From Clostridia bacterium (GTDB lineage: Bacteria > Bacillota > Clostridia > Christensenellales > CAG-314), in assembly GCA_036654455.1 (NCBI GenBank), contig JAVVRZ010000003.1, positions 108,357 to 172,356 on the forward strand: 64,000 nt of DNA, read 5' to 3'. The position numbers and the translations under genes were made by a program. Every line of letters begins with the position of its first letter. The first letter of the stretch is position 1. Under the pieces are notes generated by a model, which was given only the letters and a program-made list of their open reading frames with translations, was not told where the DNA came from and made no database searches. Below, one piece after another: positions 56,917 to 64,000 of this stretch.

Positions 56917-59231
56917 GGACTTACCTTAATTTTGATTGGCAATTTGCCAAAAATAGCGATTTTACAAATTCGCAAGTAGTAAATATCCCCCATTCGAATT
57001 GTATTTTGCCGATAAGTTACGCTAGCGAGCTTGACTATCAATTTGTATCGTATTATCGCAATACTTTTAATGTCGAGGCTATTTCTAACGTCTTGCTGAC
57101 CTTTACAGCAGTTGCCCACAAAGCAAACGTATATGTAAACGGTAAATTTGTTGGAACGCATAATTGCGGTTATACCGCATTTACATTTAATATAACTAAC
57201 TATGTCGCAATCGGGCAAAATTTAGTTACGGTAGAAGTCGACAGCCGAGAAAATTTAAATTTTGCGCCCTTTGGAAATGTTATTGATTACTTAACTTACG
57301 GTGGAATGTATGGCGAAGTTTATCTTGACGAGTTAAACGAATATTATATTGAAGACGTCTTTGTAAACGGCTATGCGACAAGCAGTCCCTTTAACTTTAA
57401 CGCCGAGATCACCTTAAACAAATATTGTAGCAAGTTGAGTTTATTATGTAGAGTTATAGAAAAAGAAGAAGTTAAACTTAACTATTTAGAGCAAGTTAAA
57501 GAAAAGGTTTCCGTTATATTTGCAAAATTAGACGAGGCAAAACTTTGGGACGTTGACAACCCTAACTTATATCAATTAAGTGTCGAACTGTTGCTTGATG
57601 GCAAAGTTATTGACAGCAAAAACCTCTCTTTTGGGTTTAGAGATTGCAAATTTACCAAAGAAGGATTTTTTCTTAATGGTAAAAAAATTAAACTAAGGGG
57701 GCTTAATCGCCATCAAAGCTACGCTTACGTTGGATACGCTATGCCAAAAAGGGCGCAGGAACAAGACGCAAAATTTCTCAAAGAAGAACTGTGCGTAAAT
57801 ATCGTTCGCACTTCGCACTATCCGCAGTCGCAATATTTTTTAGACGAATGCGATAGGCTAGGACTATTAGTATTTACCGAAATACCCGGTTGGCAACATA
57901 TCGGCGACAAGCAGTGGCAAGCGCAATCAATTAATCACGTAAAAGAAATGGTTATGCAATATCGCAATCACCCTAGCATAATTTGTTACGGCGTGAGAAT
58001 TAACGAAAGTTTTGACGAGGACGAATTTTACAGCCAAACTAACAAGGTCGCAAGAGAACTAGACTGTTCTAGACAAACTGCGGGCGTAAGATATATTGCA
58101 AATTCTAGCGACTTAGAGGATATATATTCCTATAACGATTTTGTATTTAAAGGCGACAACTCCCCTGTACGAAAAAAGTCAAAGGTGTATTCGGGCGCAA
58201 AACCTATGCTTATAACCGAATTTAACGGACACATGTACCCGACTAAAAGTTACGACAACGAAAAACACCGTGTAGAACACGCAAACCGACATTATAAAGT
58301 TATAAAAGCCTATTACTATGCAAAACATCTCGCAGGCGGAATAGGTTGGTGTATGAGCGACTATAACACGCATAAACAATTTGGTAGCGGAGACGGTATC
58401 TGTCATCACGGCGTAGCCGACATCTTCCGTAACGCCAAACTTGCAGGCGCAGTTTACGCTAGTTTTGGAAAAAAACCTAGGCTAGAAGTATCTTCTTCTA
58501 TGGATAAAGGCGAATGGGAAAGAGGGTATCTTGACAAAGTTTACGCTTACACTAACGCAGATAGCGTTAAACTCTATCTTAACAATCAATTTGTAAAAGA
58601 ATTTTTTGCCCAAAAAGACGACAATATGACAGGCAAAGCTATTGTAATTGACGACTTTATAGGCAATCTAATTCAAAATAACGAAAAATTTAGCCTAAGC
58701 AGTTCAAATGCAACCAAAAAATGTATTAACTATGCTTTGTCGCACGGCGATAGCAGTTTTCCGCCGATAATATTGTTAAAAATGCTATTTGTAAAGCTTA
58801 GAGAAAAAGTATCCTTTAAAAAACTATTTGAAATAGGACAAAAATACGCAACAGGCTGGGGTAGCGACTCGGCAAGCTATAAATTTGAAGCTATAAAAGA
58901 CGGCGAGGTCGTACAAACAGTTATAAAAGAACCCGTAACCACAGTCGACCTAGCAATCGACGTCAACGCAACTACGCTTGTTCACGGGCAAACTTATGAC
59001 GTTGCAAATATACGTTTTAGAGCAGTCGACCAAAATAATAATACACTACCCTATTGCTTTGAACCACTTACGCTTAAAACGCAGGGAAGCATCGAATTAA
59101 TCGGCGACTCGGTCGTAACCTTGCTCGGCGGTATGAGCGGAACTTACCTAAAAACAACTTCCAAAGGCAATGGCAAACTGATAATTAACGCTTTTGACAA
59201 GACTTATACTCTTGACTTCAACATAGAATAA
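56913..59231 (+). CDS. Glycoside hydrolase family 2 enzyme (cytoplasmic; specificity unknown)
   Basis: LNFDWQF sugar-binding N-terminus, NIVRTSHYPQS, acid/base NES (RINESF), nucleophile ITEFNG. 772 aa, no signal peptide. ATGA overlap with mtnN. Confidence 0.88.
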   Translation: MRTYLNFDWQFAKNSDFTNSQVVNIPHSNCILPISYASELDYQFVSYYRNTFNVEAISNVLLTFTAVAHKANVYVNGKFVGTHNCGYTAFTFNITNYVAIGQNLVTVEVDSRENLNFAPFGNVIDYLTYGGMYGEVYLDELNEYYIEDVFVNGYATSSPFNFNAEITLNKYCSKLSLLCRVIEKEEVKLNYLEQVKEKVSVIFAKLDEAKLWDVDNPNLYQLSVELLLDGKVIDSKNLSFGFRDCKFTKEGFFLNGKKIKLRGLNRHQSYAYVGYAMPKRAQEQDAKFLKEELCVNIVRTSHYPQSQYFLDECDRLGLLVFTEIPGWQHIGDKQWQAQSINHVKEMVMQYRNHPSIICYGVRINESFDEDEFYSQTNKVARELDCSRQTAGVRYIANSSDLEDIYSYNDFVFKGDNSPVRKKSKVYSGAKPMLITEFNGHMYPTKSYDNEKHRVEHANRHYKVIKAYYYAKHLAGGIGWCMSDYNTHKQFGSGDGICHHGVADIFRNAKLAGAVYASFGKKPRLEVSSSMDKGEWERGYLDKVYAYTNADSVKLYLNNQFVKEFFAQKDDNMTGKAIVIDDFIGNLIQNNEKFSLSSSNATKKCINYALSHGDSSFPPIILLKMLFVKLREKVSFKKLFEIGQKYATGWGSDSASYKFEAIKDGEVVQTVIKEPVTTVDLAIDVNATTLVHGQTYDVANIRFRAVDQNNNTLPYCFEPLTLKTQGSIELIGDSVVTLLGGMSGTYLKTTSKGNGKLIINAFDKTYTLDFNIE

Positions 59232-59424
59232 AAAGCCCGCAAAAATTCTAACAAGTCTTATAAACCCGCAAAAAGTTTGTTGCAAAAAGTTTTATAGCAA
59301 ACAAAAAACCAACGCAAAAACTAAGTATTAGCGTATAAAAATTGCAAAAACTTCAAATCGCATAATAACAAAAAATATAGCAAACAAATATTATAAAAAC
59401 AAACACAAAATTTGCCGTTATTTT

Positions 59425-59453
59425 TTGACATAAAATTATCGCCGTGTTATAAT
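59425..59453 (+). promoter_or_regulatory. tRNA-Pro promoter
   Basis: TTGACA (59425-59430), 17-nt spacer, TGtTATAAT extended -10 (59445-59453), 8 nt before the tRNA 5' end. Confidence 0.65.
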
Positions 59454-59461
59454 GGCGACAT

Positions 59462-59538
59462 CGAGGTGTAGCGCAGTTCGGTAGCGCGCTTGGTTCGGGA
59501 CCAAGAGGTCGCAAGTTCAAATCTTGTCACCTCGACCA
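59462..59538 (+). tRNA. tRNA-Pro (anticodon CGG), CCA encoded
   Basis: Acceptor CGAGGTG/CACCTCG, D arm GCGC-AGTTCGGTA-GCGC, anticodon arm CTTGG-TTCGGGA-CCAAG, T arm GCAAG-TTCAAAT-CTTGT, discriminator A + CCA. Confidence 0.93.
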
Positions 59539-59590
59539 ATCAAAAACAGTCGACATTTTACGATTACGTAAGGTGTCGGCTTTTTCTTTT
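59539..59590 (+). terminator. tRNA-Pro terminator = direct repeat copy A
   Basis: ATCAAAAACAGTCGACATTTTACGATTACGTAAGGTGTCGGCTTTTTCTTTT. Long hairpin (GTCGACAT..TTACG-ATTA-CGTAA..GTGTCGGC) plus a T-run. About 94% identical to 60350-60402. Confidence 0.8.
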
Positions 59591-59648
59591 TATTAAATAT
59601 GATATAATAGAGTCAAATTAAATAAAATAAGTATTAAGGATTGCAATT

Positions 59649-60089
59649 TTGCGCTTATTAAATTTAAACTCTTGTTGTTTTCCCAAAAATAATATGCCGA
59701 CGTATCCGTTACACCCAAATTGTCATTGCAAGGTTGAACCGATAGGCAAAGTAAGAGCAAATGCAATATGCGGGTTAAATAAATTTGAAAAGTATATCTT
59801 CAACCAAGATTTAGAAAAAAACAGCGATAAAAAAGCCTTGTTTGAAAGTTGGGGATATAGTATAATAGACTCATGCTGGTTGCAGGAAGAATTAGTAAGG
59901 CAAGCAAAAGAGAAATATGCAAACGGCGATTTTATGTTGGGAAAGTTGGATTCGTATGGACAAAGAATAAACATTGAGATAATTTTGCCAAGAAAAGATA
60001 AAATAGGCGCAGTACGTTTTATGTCGGGGTGGATTGTGTATCCCGACGGAGTAATACAAAATACGACGCCTTATGGAGGTAAAATATGA
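59649..60089 (+). CDS. MuF-domain C-terminal stub fused to a DUF6883-like domain (146 aa)
   Basis: TTG start 8 nt after AAGGA (alternative ATG at 59694). NSCCFPKNNMPTYPLHPNCHCKVEP matches the terminal PxHPNCRC motif of SPP1 gp7/Mu F head proteins. The remainder, KFEKYIFN...NSDKKALFESWGYS...YGQRINIEIILP...SGWIVYPDG...TPY, resembles DUF6883 (from memory). Confidence 0.6.
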   Translation: MRLLNLNSCCFPKNNMPTYPLHPNCHCKVEPIGKVRANAICGLNKFEKYIFNQDLEKNSDKKALFESWGYSIIDSCWLQEELVRQAKEKYANGDFMLGKLDSYGQRINIEIILPRKDKIGAVRFMSGWIVYPDGVIQNTTPYGGKI

Positions 60090-60307
60090 AAGAATTTGAT
60101 AGGGTAGAACTTATAATCGAACGCGCGGAATATCAAAAGATAGGTCTAAAAAAGGGAGACAGAGGCGTTATTTTAGGCGAAGAAAGGAACGGTTATTTTC
60201 TCGTATATTTTGATGGCGTTATTTATCAAAACTCAGATGGCGTTTTTTGCACGACTGAAATCGATGCGGGGATAAAATCTGAAGATTTGATGCTAATAAA
60301 TTCATAA
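60086..60307 (+). CDS. DUF4926-like small protein (73 aa)
   Basis: ATGA overlap with the upstream ORF. RBS GGAGGT. FDRVELIIERAEYQKIGLKKGDRGVILGEERNGYFLVYFDG fits the DUF4926 pattern (from memory). Confidence 0.6.
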   Translation: MKEFDRVELIIERAEYQKIGLKKGDRGVILGEERNGYFLVYFDGVIYQNSDGVFCTTEIDAGIKSEDLMLINS

Positions 60308-60335
60308 CTTCGCATAAGAAGTTATGCAGTCTTTT
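60303..60335 (+). terminator. Cassette-internal terminator
   Basis: CATAACTTC-GCATAA-GAAGTTATG (9-bp perfect stem) + CAGTCTTTTT. It overlaps the stop codon of the DUF4926-like gene. Confidence 0.7.
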
Positions 60336-60349
60336 TATGCTATAAAGAC

Positions 60350-60402
60350 ATCGAAAACAGTCGACATCTTTACGATTACGTAAGGTGTCGACTTTTTCTT
60401 TT
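60350..60402 (+). repeat. Direct repeat copy B (second copy of the tRNA-Pro terminator)
   Basis: ATCGAAAACAGTCGACATCTTTACGATTACGTAAGGTGTCGACTTTTTCTTTT. Differs from copy A by 1 indel and 2 substitutions. The hairpin is perfect here (AGTCGACA/TGTCGACT). Confidence 0.85.
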
Positions 60403-60813
60403 CAAGGATTAGGAAAGAATATCACAAGGTAATTTTTCGGTAGAAAAAAAATATGCAAAAGAGGACATAAAGGTATGGAGGAAGCGGTTTTACTGGAAGA
60501 AAACAGCATTAAAAGGGCGATTGTGATAGAGCTTATTTACTTGTTTAGCTAGGTTGCCCTAGGTTTATTTGTTGGTTAAATTCTTGTAAAACTTACTTAT
60601 TCGCTATTAATTAAGTCGTATTTATTATGAACAAATTTACAAATATTTGAATTATATTTTTATATAATACAAGCGTAATTTCAAACCTACATTTTGTTTA
60701 GGTGAAAAAATATTTCACATCTAAGCGTATATTTTTGGCTGTACCTAAATTGATTAGTATGCTATAATCGGCTTTGTCAGGGCAAATTATTATAAGGTTG
60801 TACGGTCAAATTT

Positions 60814-62208
60814 ATGCAGTTAATTAAACACAAACATCACGTTGCCGATTTAGGAAAAGACAAGATAAGTAGTCTAATCTTAAAGCTAGCAATTCCTTCA
60901 ATGCTAGCGCAATTTGTCAATGTTTTATATGGAATAGTGGATAGAATTTATATAGGCAATATCGCAGGCATAGGTAATCTTGCCCTTGCGGGCGTGGGGA
61001 TATGCGCCCCGATAATTACCTTGATTACTTCGTTTAGCTTTTTGGTTGGACTAGGGGGTTCGCCCTTAGTTTCTATGCGTTTAGGCGAGAAGAAACCCGA
61101 AGAAGCTCAAAAAATAATGTCAAATTGCTTTTTTATGTTGCTTGTTATTTCGGTTGCGCTAACTATTCTTTTTATGTTTATAAAAAGACCCTTGCTTTTA
61201 CTCTTTGGCGCAAGCGAATTTACCCTACCTTACGCTAACGAATATCTTACGATATATTTAATTGGCAATATCTTCGCTATTCTTACCGTAGGACTTAATA
61301 GCTTTATAATTTGTCAAGGTTTTTCTAAGATTAGTATGTGCACCGTACTGATTGGAGCTTTTTTAAATATTATACTTGACCCGTTATTTATTTTTGCTTT
61401 TGATATGGGCGTTGCCGGAGCGGCTATTGCAACGGTTATTTCGCAAGCTGTTTCTTGCGCTTTTGTTATATTCTTCTTGTTAAGCGGTAAATCGCAAATC
61501 AAACTGAGCATAAAGAATCTTTCGGGCAAAATTATGGGCAAAATTATGGCGTTAGGTTTTTCGCCATTTATGATAGTAGCTACCGAAAGCATAGTTTTAA
61601 TACTCTTTAATATTATCTTGCAAAAGTACGGTGGCGAAGCGTTAGGGGACTTTTATATAGGCGTTGCAACCATAGTAGTAAGCTATATGCAATTAATTAC
61701 AATGCCAATGGGCGGTATAACTATGGGCTGTCAACCTATACTTAGCTATAATTACGGAGCAAAAGATATTGTAAGGGTTAAGAAGGCATTTTGGGGTATG
61801 AATATTATTTGCGTAGCCTTTACTGCGATTATGTTTATATTCTCTATGTCCATTCCGCATTTATTTGCTCGCATATTTACTGCCGATGCTCATACTATTG
61901 AAGTTTCGGCTCGTGCAATAAGGATATTTACAATGTGCATTATTCCCTTAGGGGTTCAATATGCTTGCGTTGACTCGCTTACGGCGCTTGGACAAGCTAA
62001 GCTAGCAATTACGCTATCTATGACAAGAAAAATGGTAATTATGACTTCAATGATAATAATTTTACCTATCTTTTTAGGGGCGGAAGGAGTATTCTTCGCC
62101 GAACCGATAGCCGACCTTGCCTCTGCGATTATTTCGGCTACGGTATGCCTACTTGTGCTTAATAAATTGCTCAATAAGCGTTTGCTAGACAGCGAATTAC
62201 CTATTTAG
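60814..62208 (+). CDS. MATE-family efflux transporter
   Basis: 464 aa, 12 predicted TM. N-terminal LILKLAIPSMLAQFVNVLYGIVDRIYIG is the typical MatE signature. Confidence 0.88.
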   Translation: MQLIKHKHHVADLGKDKISSLILKLAIPSMLAQFVNVLYGIVDRIYIGNIAGIGNLALAGVGICAPIITLITSFSFLVGLGGSPLVSMRLGEKKPEEAQKIMSNCFFMLLVISVALTILFMFIKRPLLLLFGASEFTLPYANEYLTIYLIGNIFAILTVGLNSFIICQGFSKISMCTVLIGAFLNIILDPLFIFAFDMGVAGAAIATVISQAVSCAFVIFFLLSGKSQIKLSIKNLSGKIMGKIMALGFSPFMIVATESIVLILFNIILQKYGGEALGDFYIGVATIVVSYMQLITMPMGGITMGCQPILSYNYGAKDIVRVKKAFWGMNIICVAFTAIMFIFSMSIPHLFARIFTADAHTIEVSARAIRIFTMCIIPLGVQYACVDSLTALGQAKLAITLSMTRKMVIMTSMIIILPIFLGAEGVFFAEPIADLASAIISATVCLLVLNKLLNKRLLDSELPI

Positions 62209-62261
62209 GCAAAGCAAAATAGCTTAGCGATAATAGCTAAAATGTATAAAAATATATAAAA

Positions 62262-62286
62262 ATTAGCGAGACAGTTTGTCTCGCTA
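62262..62286. terminator. Bidirectional terminator (MATE gene / oadG)
   Basis: TTAGCGAGAC-AGTTT-GTCTCGCTAA. Confidence 0.7.
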
Positions 62287-62379
62287 ACTCTATTTATTAA
62301 ATAAAACTTTGTTATGTTTATTAAGGTTAATTTGTTAGAGTGTTAATTACACCGTATTATAACTTTTACTTAACTAATA

Positions 62380-62577
62380 TTATTTTTCGCTTATGGTTTT
62401 AATGTCCTTATCTTTATCTTTTTTGGGAAGTTTTGGCAAGTTTGTCACTTTGTTAAGTAGCACAATTATGCCAATAATAACGCCTGTTACAACAAAAATG
62501 CCGAACATACCTAGTCCCATTACTTTTAGCGATTGTAATACCGTATCGGTATTTATTACAGCTTGTATAAATTTCAT
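62380..62577 (-). CDS. oadG: OadG-like small subunit of Na+-translocating decarboxylase
   Basis: 65 aa from ATG 62577 (AGGTGA RBS). Single TM GLGMFGIFVVTGVIIGIIVLL and a Lys/Asp-rich tail. Lies directly after the beta subunit. Confidence 0.65.
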   Translation of the reverse strand: MKFIQAVINTDTVLQSLKVMGLGMFGIFVVTGVIIGIIVLLNKVTNLPKLPKKDKDKDIKTISEK

Positions 62578-62586
62578 ATCGTTCAC

Positions 62587-63708
62587 CTATCCTAATAAAC
62601 TAATAATAAGTCCGCCTGCAATAACCGAGGCGATTTGACCTGAAACGTTTGCTCCAACAGCGTGCATAAGTAAAAAGTTTTGGTCGTCTTCTGCAAGCCC
62701 CATCTTGTGTACGACTCTTGCCGACATAGGAAAAGCCGATATTCCCGCCGCACCTATCATAGGATTTATTTTCTTTTTTAAGAAAAGGTTCATTACCTTA
62801 GCTAGCATTACTCCGCCAACGGTATCGAATATAAATGCGACTAAACCGAGCGCAAGAATAAGCAGAGTTTCTAAGTTGAGAAAAGCGTCGGCTTGCATTT
62901 TAGCGGCTATTGTAATACCAAGTAGCAACGTAATTAAATTTGCTAAGGTATTTTGCGCTGTTTCGGACAAAGATTTAAGCACGCCACATTCTCTAATTAA
63001 GTTGCCAAACATTAAGAAACCTATTAGAGCAACCGCCCTAGGCGCAATTAAGCCCGTAATAACAGTTACGATAATTGGAAATAATATTCGTGTGGTCTTA
63101 GAAATTTCTTTGCTCTCATAAGGCATACGAATAAGCCTTTCTTTCTTGGTTGTTAGCAATTTTATTATCGGCGGTTGCACAATAGGAACAAGCGCCATAT
63201 ATGAGTACGCCGCAACAATAATTGCTCCAATATATTTAGTGCCAAAGAAGTTTGCAATAAAGATAGAAGTCGGGCCGTCGGCAGCGCCTATTATCGCAAT
63301 GCTTGCGGCGTCTTTGATATCAAATCCAAATAGCGTAGCGAGCGTAAGCGTAAAGAATATGCCAAATTGAGCCGACGCTCCAAACAGCATCAATTTGGGG
63401 TTAGAAAGCAACGGGCCAAAGTCAATCATGGCGCCGATACCTATAAACAACAGTAGGGGAAACAACTCGGTTGCAATACCCGAGTTAAACAATAGGTCGA
63501 TTACTCCGGCTTCAACTAAGCCGTTATAAATTTGGTCGACTGCGCCGGACTTAGGTAAATTGACTAAAATTGCGCCAAACCCAATAGGTAGTAGCAAAGC
63601 GGGCTCCATTTGTTTCTTGATTGCAAGAAAGATTAGTACTCCGCCAATTATCCACATAACTATCATTTGCCAAGTTATGTTTAACAGATTTTCATACAAT
63701 GCTTCCAT
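62587..63708 (-). CDS. oadB: Sodium ion-translocating decarboxylase beta subunit (OadB/GcdB/MmdB family)
   Basis: LAIKKQMEPALLLPIGFGAILVNLP, GAADGPTSIF, GAAGISAFPMSARV motifs. Start probably ATG 63708 (MEALYENLLNITWQ), not 63780. Confidence 0.88.
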   Translation of the reverse strand: MEALYENLLNITWQMIVMWIIGGVLIFLAIKKQMEPALLLPIGFGAILVNLPKSGAVDQIYNGLVEAGVIDLLFNSGIATELFPLLLFIGIGAMIDFGPLLSNPKLMLFGASAQFGIFFTLTLATLFGFDIKDAASIAIIGAADGPTSIFIANFFGTKYIGAIIVAAYSYMALVPIVQPPIIKLLTTKKERLIRMPYESKEISKTTRILFPIIVTVITGLIAPRAVALIGFLMFGNLIRECGVLKSLSETAQNTLANLITLLLGITIAAKMQADAFLNLETLLILALGLVAFIFDTVGGVMLAKVMNLFLKKKINPMIGAAGISAFPMSARVVHKMGLAEDDQNFLLMHAVGANVSGQIASVIAGGLIISLLG

Positions 63709-64000
63709 AATTTTTGTGTCCTTTATTACAATTCCAAATATTTCCTTATACATAGTATCACACATTTTGCCTAGCAACAACCATATATCGTAAATTTTTA
63801 TTACTAATTTCGAAATATTTAAGATAAATTTGAGATTTCAATTATAGAAAAACGTTTTGCATATTTGCTGATATATGATACAATAAAAGTACTGAGCTTT
63901 GGTTATAGCTACTAAACATACGATGGCGGTATAAATATGCTTGTAAACAAACGCATAAAACTACTATAAGAAAAATATAAAGGACTATAACATTTGTGGA

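Noticed and set aside
56874-57218. 114-aa minus-strand ORF (and 58179-58409)
   Set aside because: It is antisense to the GH2 gene, whose catalytic motifs fix the plus frame.
12370-63780. ORF-track N-terminal extensions of prs, DUF1540, rplA, rplK, rpoB, rqcP, GNAT-2, the ferritin-like protein, both membrane proteins, lpdA, the radical SAM protein, oadB and oadG
   Set aside because: In each case a downstream ATG has a canonical GGAGG-type RBS and restores the conserved family N-terminus. The extension either overlaps the upstream gene or contains a promoter or terminator.

Overview
AT-rich chromosomal segment that looks like a low-GC, endospore-forming Firmicute (Clostridia-like). The sporulation evidence is spoIIGA-sigE, sigH, cwlD, a SpoIIQ-like LytM protein and a DUF1540 protein. 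GC content and taxonomy were not computed.

About 800-50,000 is almost entirely minus-strand core machinery:
- ileS with a T-box leader, murG, prs
- A large transcription/translation block in the transcription order rpoB-rpoC-rpsL-rpsG-fusA-tuf-rpmG-secE-nusG-rplK-rplA-rplJ-rplL. This is a circular permutation of the usual rplKAJL-rpoBC order.
- mrnC-rlmB-sigH-dnaX-ybaB-recR
- Then accessory and housekeeping genes: two GNATs, DUF2804, a TSCPD protein, an OmpR/HK pair, cwlD, hsp20, a ferritin-like protein, pepT, an HD hydrolase, nadE and lpdA.

From about 52 kb the genes switch to the plus strand: a fused double-DUF1538 membrane protein with two P-II-like proteins; a translationally coupled radical-SAM/MTA-nucleosidase/GH2 trio; tRNA-Pro; a small two-gene cassette; and a MATE exporter. 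The window ends with a minus-strand OadB/OadG pair.

RNA genes recognised by eye are a Bacillus-type large SRP RNA (+), tmRNA (-) and tRNA-Pro(CGG) (+). Ribosomal protein L33 (rpmG, 54 aa) is missing from the ORF track. Several ORF-track N-termini are over-extended and were corrected using RBS and promoter positions.

Most interesting candidates:
1. A self-contained cassette (59.6-60.3 kb) just 3' of tRNA-Pro. It encodes a stub of a phage MuF-type head protein fused to a DUF6883-like domain, translationally coupled to a DUF4926-like protein. It is bracketed by a duplicated ~52-bp copy of the tRNA terminator. I read it as a candidate orphan polymorphic-toxin/immunity or TA-like module.
2. The DUF1538-DUF1538 fusion with two P-II paralogues, a candidate P-II-gated transporter of unknown substrate.

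Everything rests on reading the sequence and on remembered family signatures. No database search was run.
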